A DNA stretch of 32,000 nt from Pirellula staleyi DSM 6068 (GTDB taxonomy: Bacteria; Planctomycetota; Planctomycetia; Pirellulales; Pirellulaceae). Below, piece after piece: positions 17,684 to 27,309 of this stretch. The stretch's first letter is position 1. Each line of letters starts with the position of its first letter. Below the pieces are notes generated by a model, which made no database searches, was not told the DNA's origin, and saw only the letters and a list, made by a program, of their open reading frames with translations. Made by a program: the position numbers and the translations under genes. The stretch spans positions 3,690,001 through 3,722,000 of the forward strand of contig CP001848.1 in the NCBI GenBank assembly GCA_000025185.1, in the 5' to 3' direction.

Positions 17684-18556
17684 ATGAGTTTGCCTCCCTC
17701 CACCGCACTTTCCACGACTACGTCGCGCTCTCCGCGATGGTGGCGACGGCTGCGCGCAAGTTCCGCTGCTTGGATTGGCGCGGGGGTCTTGGTGATGCTG
17801 ATCTTCGTGGCCCTTTTTGCCGGATTCATTGCCCCCTATCCGCCCGACGCGACCAGCACCGATGTCGCCGCAGCACCAAGTTCCGCACACTTGCTTGGTA
17901 CCGATTCACTGCGTAAAGATGTCCTGTCGCGCGTGATGTTTGGGAGTCGGTTATCGCTCCTAGCCGGAGTGGTCTCGATTTTGCTCGCCATTGCCCTGGG
18001 AAGTTCCATCGGAGCTTTGGCAGGCTATTTTGGGGGGCTTGTTGATGCGCTCCTGATGCGAGGCATCGATATAGCACTTGCTTTTCCGAGCGTCCTCATC
18101 GCGCTGATGGTCTCAGCCGCTTATCGTCCCAGTTGGCTCACCGTGGTGATTGCCGTGGGACTGATCAATGTCCCCGTCTTTGCCCGGCAAGTCCGCGCTG
18201 AAGTGATGTCGATCATCAATCTCGACTATGTCATGGCGAGCCGGGCACTCGGCGCCACGAACTGGCAAATTCTGACACGTTCGATCTTGCCGGGGCTGCT
18301 GAGTCCCGTGATTGTTCTGGCGAGTCTTAGTCTCGGAACTGCAATTCTCGAAGTCGCCGGACTCTCGTTCTTGGGGCTTGGTGGCGATCCCACAGAACCG
18401 GAATGGGGGAGCATGCTCTCGCAGGCTAAAGACTACTGGAGCCGCAATCCGTGGTATGCCATCGCCCCCGGTTTAGCGATTTCGATTACGGTACTCGGAT
18501 TCAATTTGCTGGGGGACGGCCTCCGCGACGCGCTCGATCCTCGCACCGAAGTGTGA
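17684..18556 (+). CDS. ABC transporter permease (DppC/OppC-like).
   Basis: MSLPPS...RWWRRLRASSAAWIGAGVLVMLIFVALFAGFIAPYPPD and LGTDSLRKDVLSRVMFGSRLSL are typical. ATG 17684 is in frame with ORF 17372, whose upstream extension overlaps the previous gene and is rejected. Confidence 0.85.
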   Translation: MSLPPSTALSTTTSRSPRWWRRLRASSAAWIGAGVLVMLIFVALFAGFIAPYPPDATSTDVAAAPSSAHLLGTDSLRKDVLSRVMFGSRLSLLAGVVSILLAIALGSSIGALAGYFGGLVDALLMRGIDIALAFPSVLIALMVSAAYRPSWLTVVIAVGLINVPVFARQVRAEVMSIINLDYVMASRALGATNWQILTRSILPGLLSPVIVLASLSLGTAILEVAGLSFLGLGGDPTEPEWGSMLSQAKDYWSRNPWYAIAPGLAISITVLGFNLLGDGLRDALDPRTEV

Positions 18557-18589
18557 GATTCTCCTTCCTCTCCACAAAAGACCATTCCT

Positions 18590-19255
18590 TTGAATCACTC
18601 GCCGCTCCCTCCTGAAGTTGTCGACCGGATTGAATCGACGCTGAAGATTGTCGACCGTGAAGTTTGGGCCATCACCGCCAGCGATGGCGCGTCGCGCGGC
18701 GCGCTCACTGCGACATGGGTTTCGCAGGCCTCGATCAATCGCAACTTCCCGACGCTGCTCATTGGTCTTGCGCCCAATCATGCCACGGCCAAGCTGGTTC
18801 TCAAGTCACGGCGATTCTTGGCCCATTTGCTACGCAGCGATCAAGCCAGCGTGGCCTACAAGCTGGCGGCTGTTTCGGGCGTCAGCGGCACCGATAAGCT
18901 GGCCGAATTCACCCTCATCGGCGATCGCCCCGAGGATGCTCCGCCAATGCTCGCCAGTTGCCTCGCTTGGCTCGAGTGCCAGGTGTTTCACTACTACGAT
19001 TGTGGCGATCGCTGGTTCTTCTGGGCCGACATCATCGACGCCGGAACTCCTTTCGATGAACCGGTGGGAGAGGTCCAGCCTCTTCGCGAGCAAGCGTTTT
19101 TTAAGTCCCTCAAACCCGAACAGCGGGCGCAACTGCTCGCAGCTCGCGACGCCGAATTGCCGCTGCATCAGTCGTGGGCCGACATGTGGCGAACGATGGG
19201 TGAAGAAGTGGAGGAGATCGACCTCTCGGAGTTGGATGACGAAGAGGACACTTAG
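18590..19255 (+). CDS. Flavin reductase-like domain protein with an acidic C-terminal tail.
   Basis: VWAITASDGASRGALTATWVSQASINRNFPTLLIGLAPNHATAKLVLKSRRFLAHLL...PMLASCLAWLECQV...GDRWFFWADIID fits the flavin-reductase-like (FMN-binding split barrel) pattern. The only usable start is TTG 18590 with no clear SD, so the start is uncertain. Confidence 0.7.
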   Translation: MNHSPLPPEVVDRIESTLKIVDREVWAITASDGASRGALTATWVSQASINRNFPTLLIGLAPNHATAKLVLKSRRFLAHLLRSDQASVAYKLAAVSGVSGTDKLAEFTLIGDRPEDAPPMLASCLAWLECQVFHYYDCGDRWFFWADIIDAGTPFDEPVGEVQPLREQAFFKSLKPEQRAQLLAARDAELPLHQSWADMWRTMGEEVEEIDLSELDDEEDT

Positions 19256-19398
19256 TTCCGCGTTACTCGGCGCTGCACTGTTCGAGAAGATCTGGCGCAA
19301 CTGGGCGTGGCCCGCACAGTTGCCGACTGCTAGAGTGATGGTCTCGTCGCACTCCGTGCACCTAATCGAAGATCGTCACGCTCACTGGATCGACTGCC

Positions 19399-19884
19399 AT
19401 GAGTCTCTTTGCTAACAGCCGCTATCAATGGCGTGAAACCTACTTCGTCCTATTCGATGCCAAGCATCGCCCCAAAGCCGATCTGGTTCGTAAAGCGATC
19501 GAAGACCTGAAGGCTAAGCTGGAAGTGGTCGAAGTGAACGCTGCGGACGACGGAACGCTCGAAGCGATGACAGTACTTTCGCACGCCGATTCGTCGGGGA
19601 TGGATCTCACCTTCGTCGCGGGCGAAGAGGTGCAGGAGCAAGTTGCCGAACTCAAAAAAGAGTGGAAGGGGCAGCCGGTTTCGCCCGAGGATAAGCCGAA
19701 GCTCGACCGGATGCTTGCTGCCACTGCCCGCTACGACATCTTCCATTTCGAAGAAGTGGGTGACTCGCTCGAGGACGACGACGAAGGTCCCCTCGACCCG
19801 GGGACGCTGCTCCTGGTGCTCGAAAAGCTCGCCCGAGTCTGTCACGGGGTGAGCATCGATCCCCAATCGGGCGCTTTGCTCTAA
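19399..19884 (+). CDS. Hypothetical acidic cytoplasmic protein (161 aa).
   Basis: ATG-initiated ORF with normal coding composition and no recognisable motif. Overlapping alternative-frame ORFs are Ser/Arg-rich junk. Confidence 0.6.
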   Translation: MSLFANSRYQWRETYFVLFDAKHRPKADLVRKAIEDLKAKLEVVEVNAADDGTLEAMTVLSHADSSGMDLTFVAGEEVQEQVAELKKEWKGQPVSPEDKPKLDRMLAATARYDIFHFEEVGDSLEDDDEGPLDPGTLLLVLEKLARVCHGVSIDPQSGALL

Positions 19885-20066
19885 AACAACGCTATTTTCT
19901 CCGTAAATCTTCTTACACCCGCGAAACCACGCCGCATATGCGCGGGTTTAGCTGAGGGGAAGATTACTTTCCCATGAGCGCGCCCATTTGCTGTAGGAGT
20001 ATCTCCCAGCACTCGGGTATTTTGACGCTTCAGGCAATTTCGATTCGCGCGAGGGAGCGGTCCGTT

Positions 20067-22394
20067 ATGGCGATGGTTAACGGGATGACAATTCGAGTGG
20101 CACGCGTGCTGGCTATGCATCGCACTCTGCTTAACCTGCTGCTAACACTGGCTTTGGTGGGGGGGAGTTTTGGCACCGCAAACGCCGTAGAGGCTGTTAA
20201 GTCGAGCCAGCCTGGCGACAAAATGCCCGAATTCTCCCTTGGCGACTATCAGGGAAAGGTTTGGCCCGCTCCCGAGCTTCATGGAGAAAAGGGGACCATT
20301 GTCGTTTTTATCGGCACCGAATGCCCGCTGATGCTGCAATATGCGTCGACCCTCGAATCGCTGCATAAAAAGTACAGCGACAAGGGGCTGAAACTCGTCG
20401 CGGTCGCCAGCAATCAGCAAGACTCGCTCACCGAACTATCGGCCTTTGCCCGCCAGCACAAACTCACTTTTCCAATCCTCAAAGATCCTGGCAACAAGGT
20501 GGCGGATGAGTTTAAGGCTGAGCGTACGCCTGAAGTTTTCCTCCTGAACGCCAGCCGCACGCTGGTGTATCGCGGACGGATCGACGACCAGTACACCTAC
20601 GGCCGCGCTCGTCCCGAGGTGAAAGAAAACTATCTCGTCAACGCCATCGAGGCGATGCTTGTCGGGCAACCGCCGAAGGTGGGCACAACGGACGTTGTCG
20701 GGTGCCACATCGGACGCGTACTCCGGGGGACTGGCGACCAGTCGGTGACTTATAGCAAGCAAATCAGCCGCATTCTGCAAGACAAATGCGTGAACTGTCA
20801 TCGTCCGGGCGAGATCGGCCCCTTCGCTCTCACCAGCTATAGCGAAACTGTCGGCTGGGCAGCGATGATCGACGAAGTGGTGTCCGAGAACCGTATGCCA
20901 CCTTGGCACGCTAACCCCAAGCATGGCAGCTTCCGCAACGACACTCGTTTGTCCGATGCCGAAAAATCGCAGATTCATCAGTGGGTGGAAGCTGGCGCTC
21001 CTGAAGGAGATCCTGCCGATCTTCCTCCGCCTAAACAGTACGAGACCGGTTGGCAAATCGGAAAGCCCGACCTCGTAATCGAAATGGCGACGAAGCCCTA
21101 CGCTGTGCCAGCCAAGGGGGAGGTGAAGTACCAATACTTCATCGTCGATCCAAAGTTCACTGAAGACAAATGGATCTCGGCCGCTGAATGCCGCCCCGGT
21201 AATCGCGCGGTCGTTCATCACATTATCGTGGGACTAGTGCTCGGTGATGGTAGCCGCTTAAGTGGTGGCCAACATAGCGAATGGCTCACCGCAACTGCCC
21301 CCGGTGCTCGTCCGCTGATGTTGCCCGAGGGACTCGCCAAAAAGATCCCAGCCGGTGCCAAACTCGTGTTTCAAATGCACTACACCCCGAACGGAACGGC
21401 CACGGAAGATCTCAGCTCGGTGGGGTTAAAGTTTGCTGATCCCAAGACTGTCCGCAAAGAAGTGGCTACCGACAAAGCGGCGACTCGCCGGCTCCAGATT
21501 CCCCCCCACGACGACAACTACCATACCGTCGCTGAGCAAACGATTGCGCGCGACATTCAAATGCTGGCGATGTTCCCACACATGCATTTGCGTGGCAAAG
21601 CATTCCGCTATACCGCACGCTATCCCGATGGCGAAGAAGAGATTCTGCTCGATGTGCCGAACTACGATTTTGCTTGGCAAAACTCGTATGAATTCACCGA
21701 GCCGAAGTTGCTTCCGAAGGGGACGAAGTTGGTTTGCGACGCTTGGTACAACAACAGCGAATCGAATCTCGCCAATCCCGATCCTTCAGCCACCGTTGGC
21801 TGGGGTGATCAAACTTGGGAAGAGATGATGATCGGCTATTACGACGCGGTTTGGGCCGACCAAGACTTGCTGCAAGAGAATGGTCGAGCAGAGGGGGCTC
21901 GAACCAGTCTGTTCATTGCCCGCACCTTGGCAGGAGAAACCAAGTTGCCTGCGGAACTACTGATCGCCTGCGAATCGGCACTCGATCAGCCAGAAGCGCT
22001 CCAAGCTCTAGGTGCTGAGCTTCGCAAAGTGCTCCCCCAGCTCGATCGCGTTTGCGTCACCAGCGTCGATGGCAAAAAAGTGGTCGTCAAGCACTGTGTG
22101 CAAGATCCGCTGTACGAAGGTGCCGTCGGCGGGGTAGGCAAGGGAATCGACGCTGCTTGGTCGAAGCTCGGGAGCTTAATTGAAGCAAAAAAGCCAACCG
22201 TCTACAGTTCGCTCGTCGACGAAAGTGGTTTTGACCTGAAGCACATGGCCAAAGCCTACCGCTCGAGCGTGCATGTGCCGGTGAAGATTGGCGAGACCCC
22301 CTCGACCATTAATTTCTGGTCGGCTGAGTCCGACGCCTTTCCCGAGGAAGCTGTTGCCTTGATCGAAAAGATCGCCGCAGCTCTCGCTAAATAA
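20067..22394 (+). CDS. Secreted multidomain redox protein: signal peptide, AhpC/TSA-redoxin (thioredoxin-fold) domain, CxxCH heme c motif, PHM/DBH-like copper monooxygenase region and C-terminal GAF-like region.
   Basis: Signal peptide MAMVNGMTIRVARVLAMHRTLLNLLLTLALVGGSFGTANA. Redoxin-like GTIVVFIGTECPLM...LKLVAVASNQQD...FPILKD...TPEVFLL. CVNCH at 20787-20801 followed by RMPPW. HH 21216-21221, QMHYTP (H at 21378-21380), HMH 21579-21587 and EEMMIGY (21825-21830) match the order of the CuH/CuM ligands of peptidylglycine alpha-hydroxylating monooxygenase. GGGAG lies 10 nt before ATG 20067. Confidence 0.8.
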   Translation: MAMVNGMTIRVARVLAMHRTLLNLLLTLALVGGSFGTANAVEAVKSSQPGDKMPEFSLGDYQGKVWPAPELHGEKGTIVVFIGTECPLMLQYASTLESLHKKYSDKGLKLVAVASNQQDSLTELSAFARQHKLTFPILKDPGNKVADEFKAERTPEVFLLNASRTLVYRGRIDDQYTYGRARPEVKENYLVNAIEAMLVGQPPKVGTTDVVGCHIGRVLRGTGDQSVTYSKQISRILQDKCVNCHRPGEIGPFALTSYSETVGWAAMIDEVVSENRMPPWHANPKHGSFRNDTRLSDAEKSQIHQWVEAGAPEGDPADLPPPKQYETGWQIGKPDLVIEMATKPYAVPAKGEVKYQYFIVDPKFTEDKWISAAECRPGNRAVVHHIIVGLVLGDGSRLSGGQHSEWLTATAPGARPLMLPEGLAKKIPAGAKLVFQMHYTPNGTATEDLSSVGLKFADPKTVRKEVATDKAATRRLQIPPHDDNYHTVAEQTIARDIQMLAMFPHMHLRGKAFRYTARYPDGEEEILLDVPNYDFAWQNSYEFTEPKLLPKGTKLVCDAWYNNSESNLANPDPSATVGWGDQTWEEMMIGYYDAVWADQDLLQENGRAEGARTSLFIARTLAGETKLPAELLIACESALDQPEALQALGAELRKVLPQLDRVCVTSVDGKKVVVKHCVQDPLYEGAVGGVGKGIDAAWSKLGSLIEAKKPTVYSSLVDESGFDLKHMAKAYRSSVHVPVKIGETPSTINFWSAESDAFPEEAVALIEKIAAALAK

Positions 22395-22444
22395 TGCACC
22401 TACCTGGTGCGGCTGGCTTGTGAACCAGGTTGGACTGGCAACGC

Positions 22445-22497
22445 AAAAACTCGGATAGCAGCGCGATCGGTGCCTGCCATCCGAGTTTTTTGTTTTG
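22445..22497. terminator. Bidirectional rho-independent terminator between convergent genes.
   Basis: Stem ctcggat (22450-22456) / atccgag (22479-22485), extended by an inner gcag/ctgc pairing. It is flanked by AAAAA on the left and TTTTTTGTTTTG on the right, so both strands read hairpin plus U-tract. Confidence 0.8.
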
Positions 22498-22543
22498 ATG
22501 GGCGCAATCGCCCGCTCCAGAGCCGTGGCCGTAGGCCGGTCGA

Positions 22544-22714
22544 CTACTTCTTACCCTTTTTCGCGGGCTTCTTTGCAGCAGCCTTCTTGGGGGCTGCTTT
22601 CTTGGCGGTAGCTTTGGCCGCGGTGGCTTCGCTCTTGGCTGGCTTCTTTCCGCCGAAGGCCGAATCCCAACCCGAGGCATACTTATCCGTCTTGCCAACT
22701 CGAACGATCGTCAC
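22544..22714 (-). CDS. 56-aa Lys/Ala/Pro-rich basic protein with a histone-H1-like tail (candidate nucleoid-associated protein).
   Basis: Sequence (M)TIVRVGKTDKYASGWDSAFGGKKPAKSEATAAKATAKKAAPKKAAAKKPAKKGKK. GTG at 22714 is preceded by a perfect AAGGAG (plus-strand ctcctt 22721-22726) with a 6-nt spacer. The ORF-track start at 22825 adds 37 implausible residues. The gene is followed by the bidirectional terminator. Confidence 0.7.
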   Translation of the reverse strand: MTIVRVGKTDKYASGWDSAFGGKKPAKSEATAAKATAKKAAPKKAAAKKPAKKGKK

Positions 22715-22766
22715 AGGCTGCTCCTTATTGGGGGTGAATGGGAAAACGCTGTTTGCTCTCAGCCGC

Positions 22767-22803
22767 ACTTGCCAGTGGCAAGTTTCTCCGCGATTTCGCG
22801 GAG
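22767..22803 (-). promoter_or_regulatory. Two adjacent perfect 8-bp-arm palindromes/hairpins in the leader or promoter of the small basic protein gene.
   Basis: acttgcca g tggcaagt (22767-22783) and ctccgcga tt tcgcggag (22786-22803), 53-89 nt upstream of the GTG start on the minus strand. Confidence 0.45.
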
Positions 22804-22809
22804 CGTTAA

Positions 22810-24411
<1,602 letters not shown>

Positions 24412-24500
24412 TTTTCGGAAAACTTACCCGGAACAGTGCTTCACTTATCCGGGTAGCTGTCGCTCGCGGTAAGCCGCGATGAAATGCGAAATGCTGACGA

Positions 24501-24543
24501 CCCTTCGAGTCTCGCTATTGGCTGGGACTCGAAGGGTTTTTTA
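24501..24543 (+). terminator. Rho-independent terminator of eno.
   Basis: Perfect 11-bp stem cccttcgagtc (24501-24511) / gactcgaaggg (24526-24536), followed by TTTTTTATT. Confidence 0.9.
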
Positions 24544-24620
24544 TTGCCTGGGCCGTTTCCTTCATTGGTCACAGCGCGCTGAAAAGAACTTGAAACCAGC
24601 CCACTCGCTGGGAAGGTAGA

Positions 24621-25097
24621 ATGCAACGTATGAGTGGTTCCACTCCCGATTTGCCGAGTGATTCGAAGGCCGCGTCGAGCGATGCGCCGCCTCCATCCGC
24701 TGCTGCTAAGCCGGTAGTCATTCCCTCGGATGAAGAGTTGCTTGGACCGGCCCGCAGAGGGCCTACTCCTCTCTCGGAATCGCCTTGGTTTTGGGCCTAT
24801 CTGTTTGCTACTGCGGGGCTAATTGCCCTCGCGCTTGCGGCACCGAAATTCGGCGTGCGGCAAGCAGCCATCGAGCGCGAGTATCAAGGTCGCACACGGG
24901 CCGCCGAGAATCTCAACGGACGCGATCCGTCGCTGGAGATGTCGACCCCCGATCAAACGATCATCACGCTGCAGCCCCTCTTTTTCTACACCGCCGCCAT
25001 CAGCGCTGTCGCTTGGGGCGTCTTCTGGTACACGCGCCGACGCGCTCTGTCTGCCGCTTCGAGTTCTCTCTCCAACTCGCAGGAGACCGCACCATGA
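24621..25097 (+). CDS. Hypothetical membrane protein (2 predicted TM segments, P/S/A-rich N-terminus).
   Basis: Hydrophobic segments WFWAYLFATAGLIALALAA and LFFYTAAISAVAWGVFWY. GGAAGG lies just upstream of the ATG. The stop overlaps the next start (ATGA). Confidence 0.6.
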   Translation: MQRMSGSTPDLPSDSKAASSDAPPPSAAAKPVVIPSDEELLGPARRGPTPLSESPWFWAYLFATAGLIALALAAPKFGVRQAAIEREYQGRTRAAENLNGRDPSLEMSTPDQTIITLQPLFFYTAAISAVAWGVFWYTRRRALSAASSSLSNSQETAP

Positions 25098-25672
25098 CTT
25101 GGCTCTTCGACTCTCCGACCACCATCGTTCTTTGGAGCGTGGTCCTCGCCATCGCTGCGGGTGTTGCCTGGACCTTCACCGGAAAAAGAATCTTTGCGGT
25201 TCTCACCGGATTGATCGTTCTGACTGCCGCCGGACTACTGATTGCCGAGAAGGTGATCATCACCGACCGCGAAGCGATCGAAATCAAGCTGAAAGAAATC
25301 GCCGACGATCTGGCTGCCAATCGGCAGGCGGCTGTTGTCGCCAACATCGCCGCGAGCAACATCAAGTTGCAGCAAGTCGCGAAATCGGAGCTGCCGAATT
25401 ACCAATTCACCAGTTTGCGGATCACGAAAATTCATTCGATCGAAATCGACAGCGCGCCGAAGAATCGGACCGCTCGAGTCGAGTTCAATATCGTGGCCGA
25501 AGGGACCTTTAAGGTGGGGGATGACCAAATCAGCGGGATGAAAGTCCCGCGGCTGATCAAAGTCGACATGCTGAAGGAAGAGGATGGTGTTTGGCGCGTT
25601 GATAACTATAGCCACGCTGCCCCGCAGGAGTTTCTGTTCCAAGTGCCGGGTAGCGAGGGGATGACGCCGTAA
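25094..25672 (+). CDS. Hypothetical membrane protein (2 N-terminal TM segments plus a approx. 130-aa soluble domain).
   Basis: MTWLFDSPTTIVLWSVVLAIAAGVAWTF and IFAVLTGLIVLTAAGLLIA. AGGAGA at 25081-25086 lies 7 nt before ATG 25094. ATGA overlaps the upstream stop. The in-frame upstream extension to 24785 is rejected. Confidence 0.65.
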   Translation: MTWLFDSPTTIVLWSVVLAIAAGVAWTFTGKRIFAVLTGLIVLTAAGLLIAEKVIITDREAIEIKLKEIADDLAANRQAAVVANIAASNIKLQQVAKSELPNYQFTSLRITKIHSIEIDSAPKNRTARVEFNIVAEGTFKVGDDQISGMKVPRLIKVDMLKEEDGVWRVDNYSHAAPQEFLFQVPGSEGMTP

Positions 25673-26276
25673 CAGCATCGCGAGTAGTCGTGATAACCAA
25701 AAATGCTTGCAACCGTCGTGGAGGATATCCATCAGGATTGCTTGTGGCTTCCTAGCGTCCCCAAAAAATATAAAGCTTGCCGCTTAGGCTGATTTTGACC
25801 CCGAACCGAGAACCGGCTACACTATTTTCGTTGAGGCCCGAGAAGTCCTCTTTCCGCTCGATTAACCCCAGACTTTGCCGGGTGGGTAAGGCGGGTGGCC
25901 TTCGACGGTTGTTGTAATTTGTAGAAACCTAGTTGGGCGATAAGTTCAGAGACCACCCGTAGGCAGACAGCCGTCATCGATTCGCTGGTGCTCGATCGCA
26001 AGTTGTTGTGAATTAACGATTTGCACGAATTCAGTGGCGATTGGTCCGTGTCGGTTAGAGCCATGGGTAGGCACTTTATGGGTGTGGGCACTCGATTTGC
26101 TCACAACTAGGGTGTCTGCGGGCGGGAGGTTCTGGTGGACACCGGGATGGGTGTCGACAGCCAGGGAATTCGCTTATCGTCCCCCCAATAAATTCAGGGA
26201 AGAACCGACAGTTGCCTCAGCGAATGATCGCTCATCTGCGGCTAGTAACTGTCCTACATGTAAGGAGTGATTGCAG

Positions 26277-27164
26277 ATGATGAAGAGTCCTTTCGCCCGT
26301 CGCGATTTCCTTCGCGCACTCGTTCTGGGTGGTGCTTCGGTCGCTACCGCCAATTTGCTCGCTGAGGAAGGTGCTCTGAAAGAGCCAGTCTTCCGCATCA
26401 GCAAGGCCACCAGCGATGTTGCTGCTCGCAGCGCTCCTGCCCACCCACTCGATCCAGCTCTCAAACTGGCCCGCGAGTGCCTCGAACGCATCAATCGCGA
26501 TGTTGTCGACTACACCTGCCTCATCGTCAAACGTGAGCGGATCAAGGGTACGCTCGGTGAACACGAATACATGGAAGCGAAGATTCGCAACCGCAAGGTG
26601 GTTGATGGTCGCATGACCACCCCCCTCTCGGTTTACATGCGATTCGTGAAGCCCAAGGGTGTTGAAGGCCGTGAGGTCATCTGGGTCGAAGGCCAGAACA
26701 ACAACAAACTGAAAGCCCACGAAGGTGGATTTTTGGGGAGCAAGCTGCCGAGTGTATGGCTCGACATCAACGGCCCTCTTGCGATGCGTGGCCAACTTCA
26801 CCCCATCAGCGACATCGGAATTGAGAACCTGATTCTCAAACTGATCGAAAAGGGTGAAGCCGACCGTGCTCACGAGGAATGCGTGGTGGAATTCACTAAG
26901 GGGGCCAAGCTCAACGGTCGCCCTTGCACTGTACTCACCGTTCGTCACCCTCAGCAGCGCGAACACTTCGAGTTCCATATCGCCCAGGTTTTCCTCGACG
27001 ACGAACTCGGACTCCCTGTTCGCTACGCTGCCTATCACTGGCCCACGTCGCCCAATGACAAAATGGGCCCCGTGCTGGAGGAATACACCTACATCAACAT
27101 CAAGACGAATGTGAACCTCACCGACAGCGACTTCAGCCCCGACAATCCTAACTACAACTTTTAG
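26277..27164 (+). CDS. Tat-signal exported protein of unknown function. It may belong to a planctomycete DUF family with a LolA-like fold; I could not verify this.
   Basis: The N-terminus MMKSPFARRDFLRALVLGGASVATANLLA carries a twin-arginine motif (RRDFLR). AAGGAG at 26262-26267 lies 9 nt before ATG 26277. It is followed by a strong terminator. The 407-aa antisense ORF crosses that terminator and is rejected. Confidence 0.75.
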   Translation: MMKSPFARRDFLRALVLGGASVATANLLAEEGALKEPVFRISKATSDVAARSAPAHPLDPALKLARECLERINRDVVDYTCLIVKRERIKGTLGEHEYMEAKIRNRKVVDGRMTTPLSVYMRFVKPKGVEGREVIWVEGQNNNKLKAHEGGFLGSKLPSVWLDINGPLAMRGQLHPISDIGIENLILKLIEKGEADRAHEECVVEFTKGAKLNGRPCTVLTVRHPQQREHFEFHIAQVFLDDELGLPVRYAAYHWPTSPNDKMGPVLEEYTYINIKTNVNLTDSDFSPDNPNYNF

Positions 27165-27257
27165 AGCACCTGTCTCTTGTTGTTGTAGCGGACCAACTGC
27201 TAGGTCCGAGTGACATACACGATTCGCTGGTGCAAATAATCGCTGGATAAAATCATC

Positions 27258-27309
27258 GTGGGCTCCGCAGGAACCAAGTGTTGCTGCGGAGCCCACTTCC
27301 TTTTTCTTG
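27258..27309 (+). terminator. Rho-independent terminator.
   Basis: Perfect 13-bp stem gtgggctccgcag (27258-27270) / ctgcggagcccac (27284-27296), followed by TTCCTTTTTCTTG. Confidence 0.9.

Noticed and set aside
24621-25097. The idea that the membrane protein after eno is an FtsB/DivIC-like division protein. ftsB follows eno in some proteobacteria.
   Set aside because: There is no leucine-zipper coiled coil, a second TM helix is present, and the N-terminal region is long and P/S-rich. Synteny alone is not evidence.
25808-25819. gagaaccggcta, which resembles the conserved ACAGAACCCGGCUUA 3' element of RNase P RNA.
   Set aside because: The match is imperfect. The body of such an RNA would have to overlap the upstream CDS, and no GAGGAAAGUCCGGGC-type 5' element is present on the same strand.
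25978-27234. Exact 14-mer cgattcgctggtgc at 25978-25991 and 27221-27234, flanking the Tat-signal gene in direct orientation (possible target-site or mobile-element boundary).
   Set aside because: Roughly two chance 14-mer repeats are expected in a 32-kb window. The flanks do not extend the match, and nothing between the copies looks mobile.
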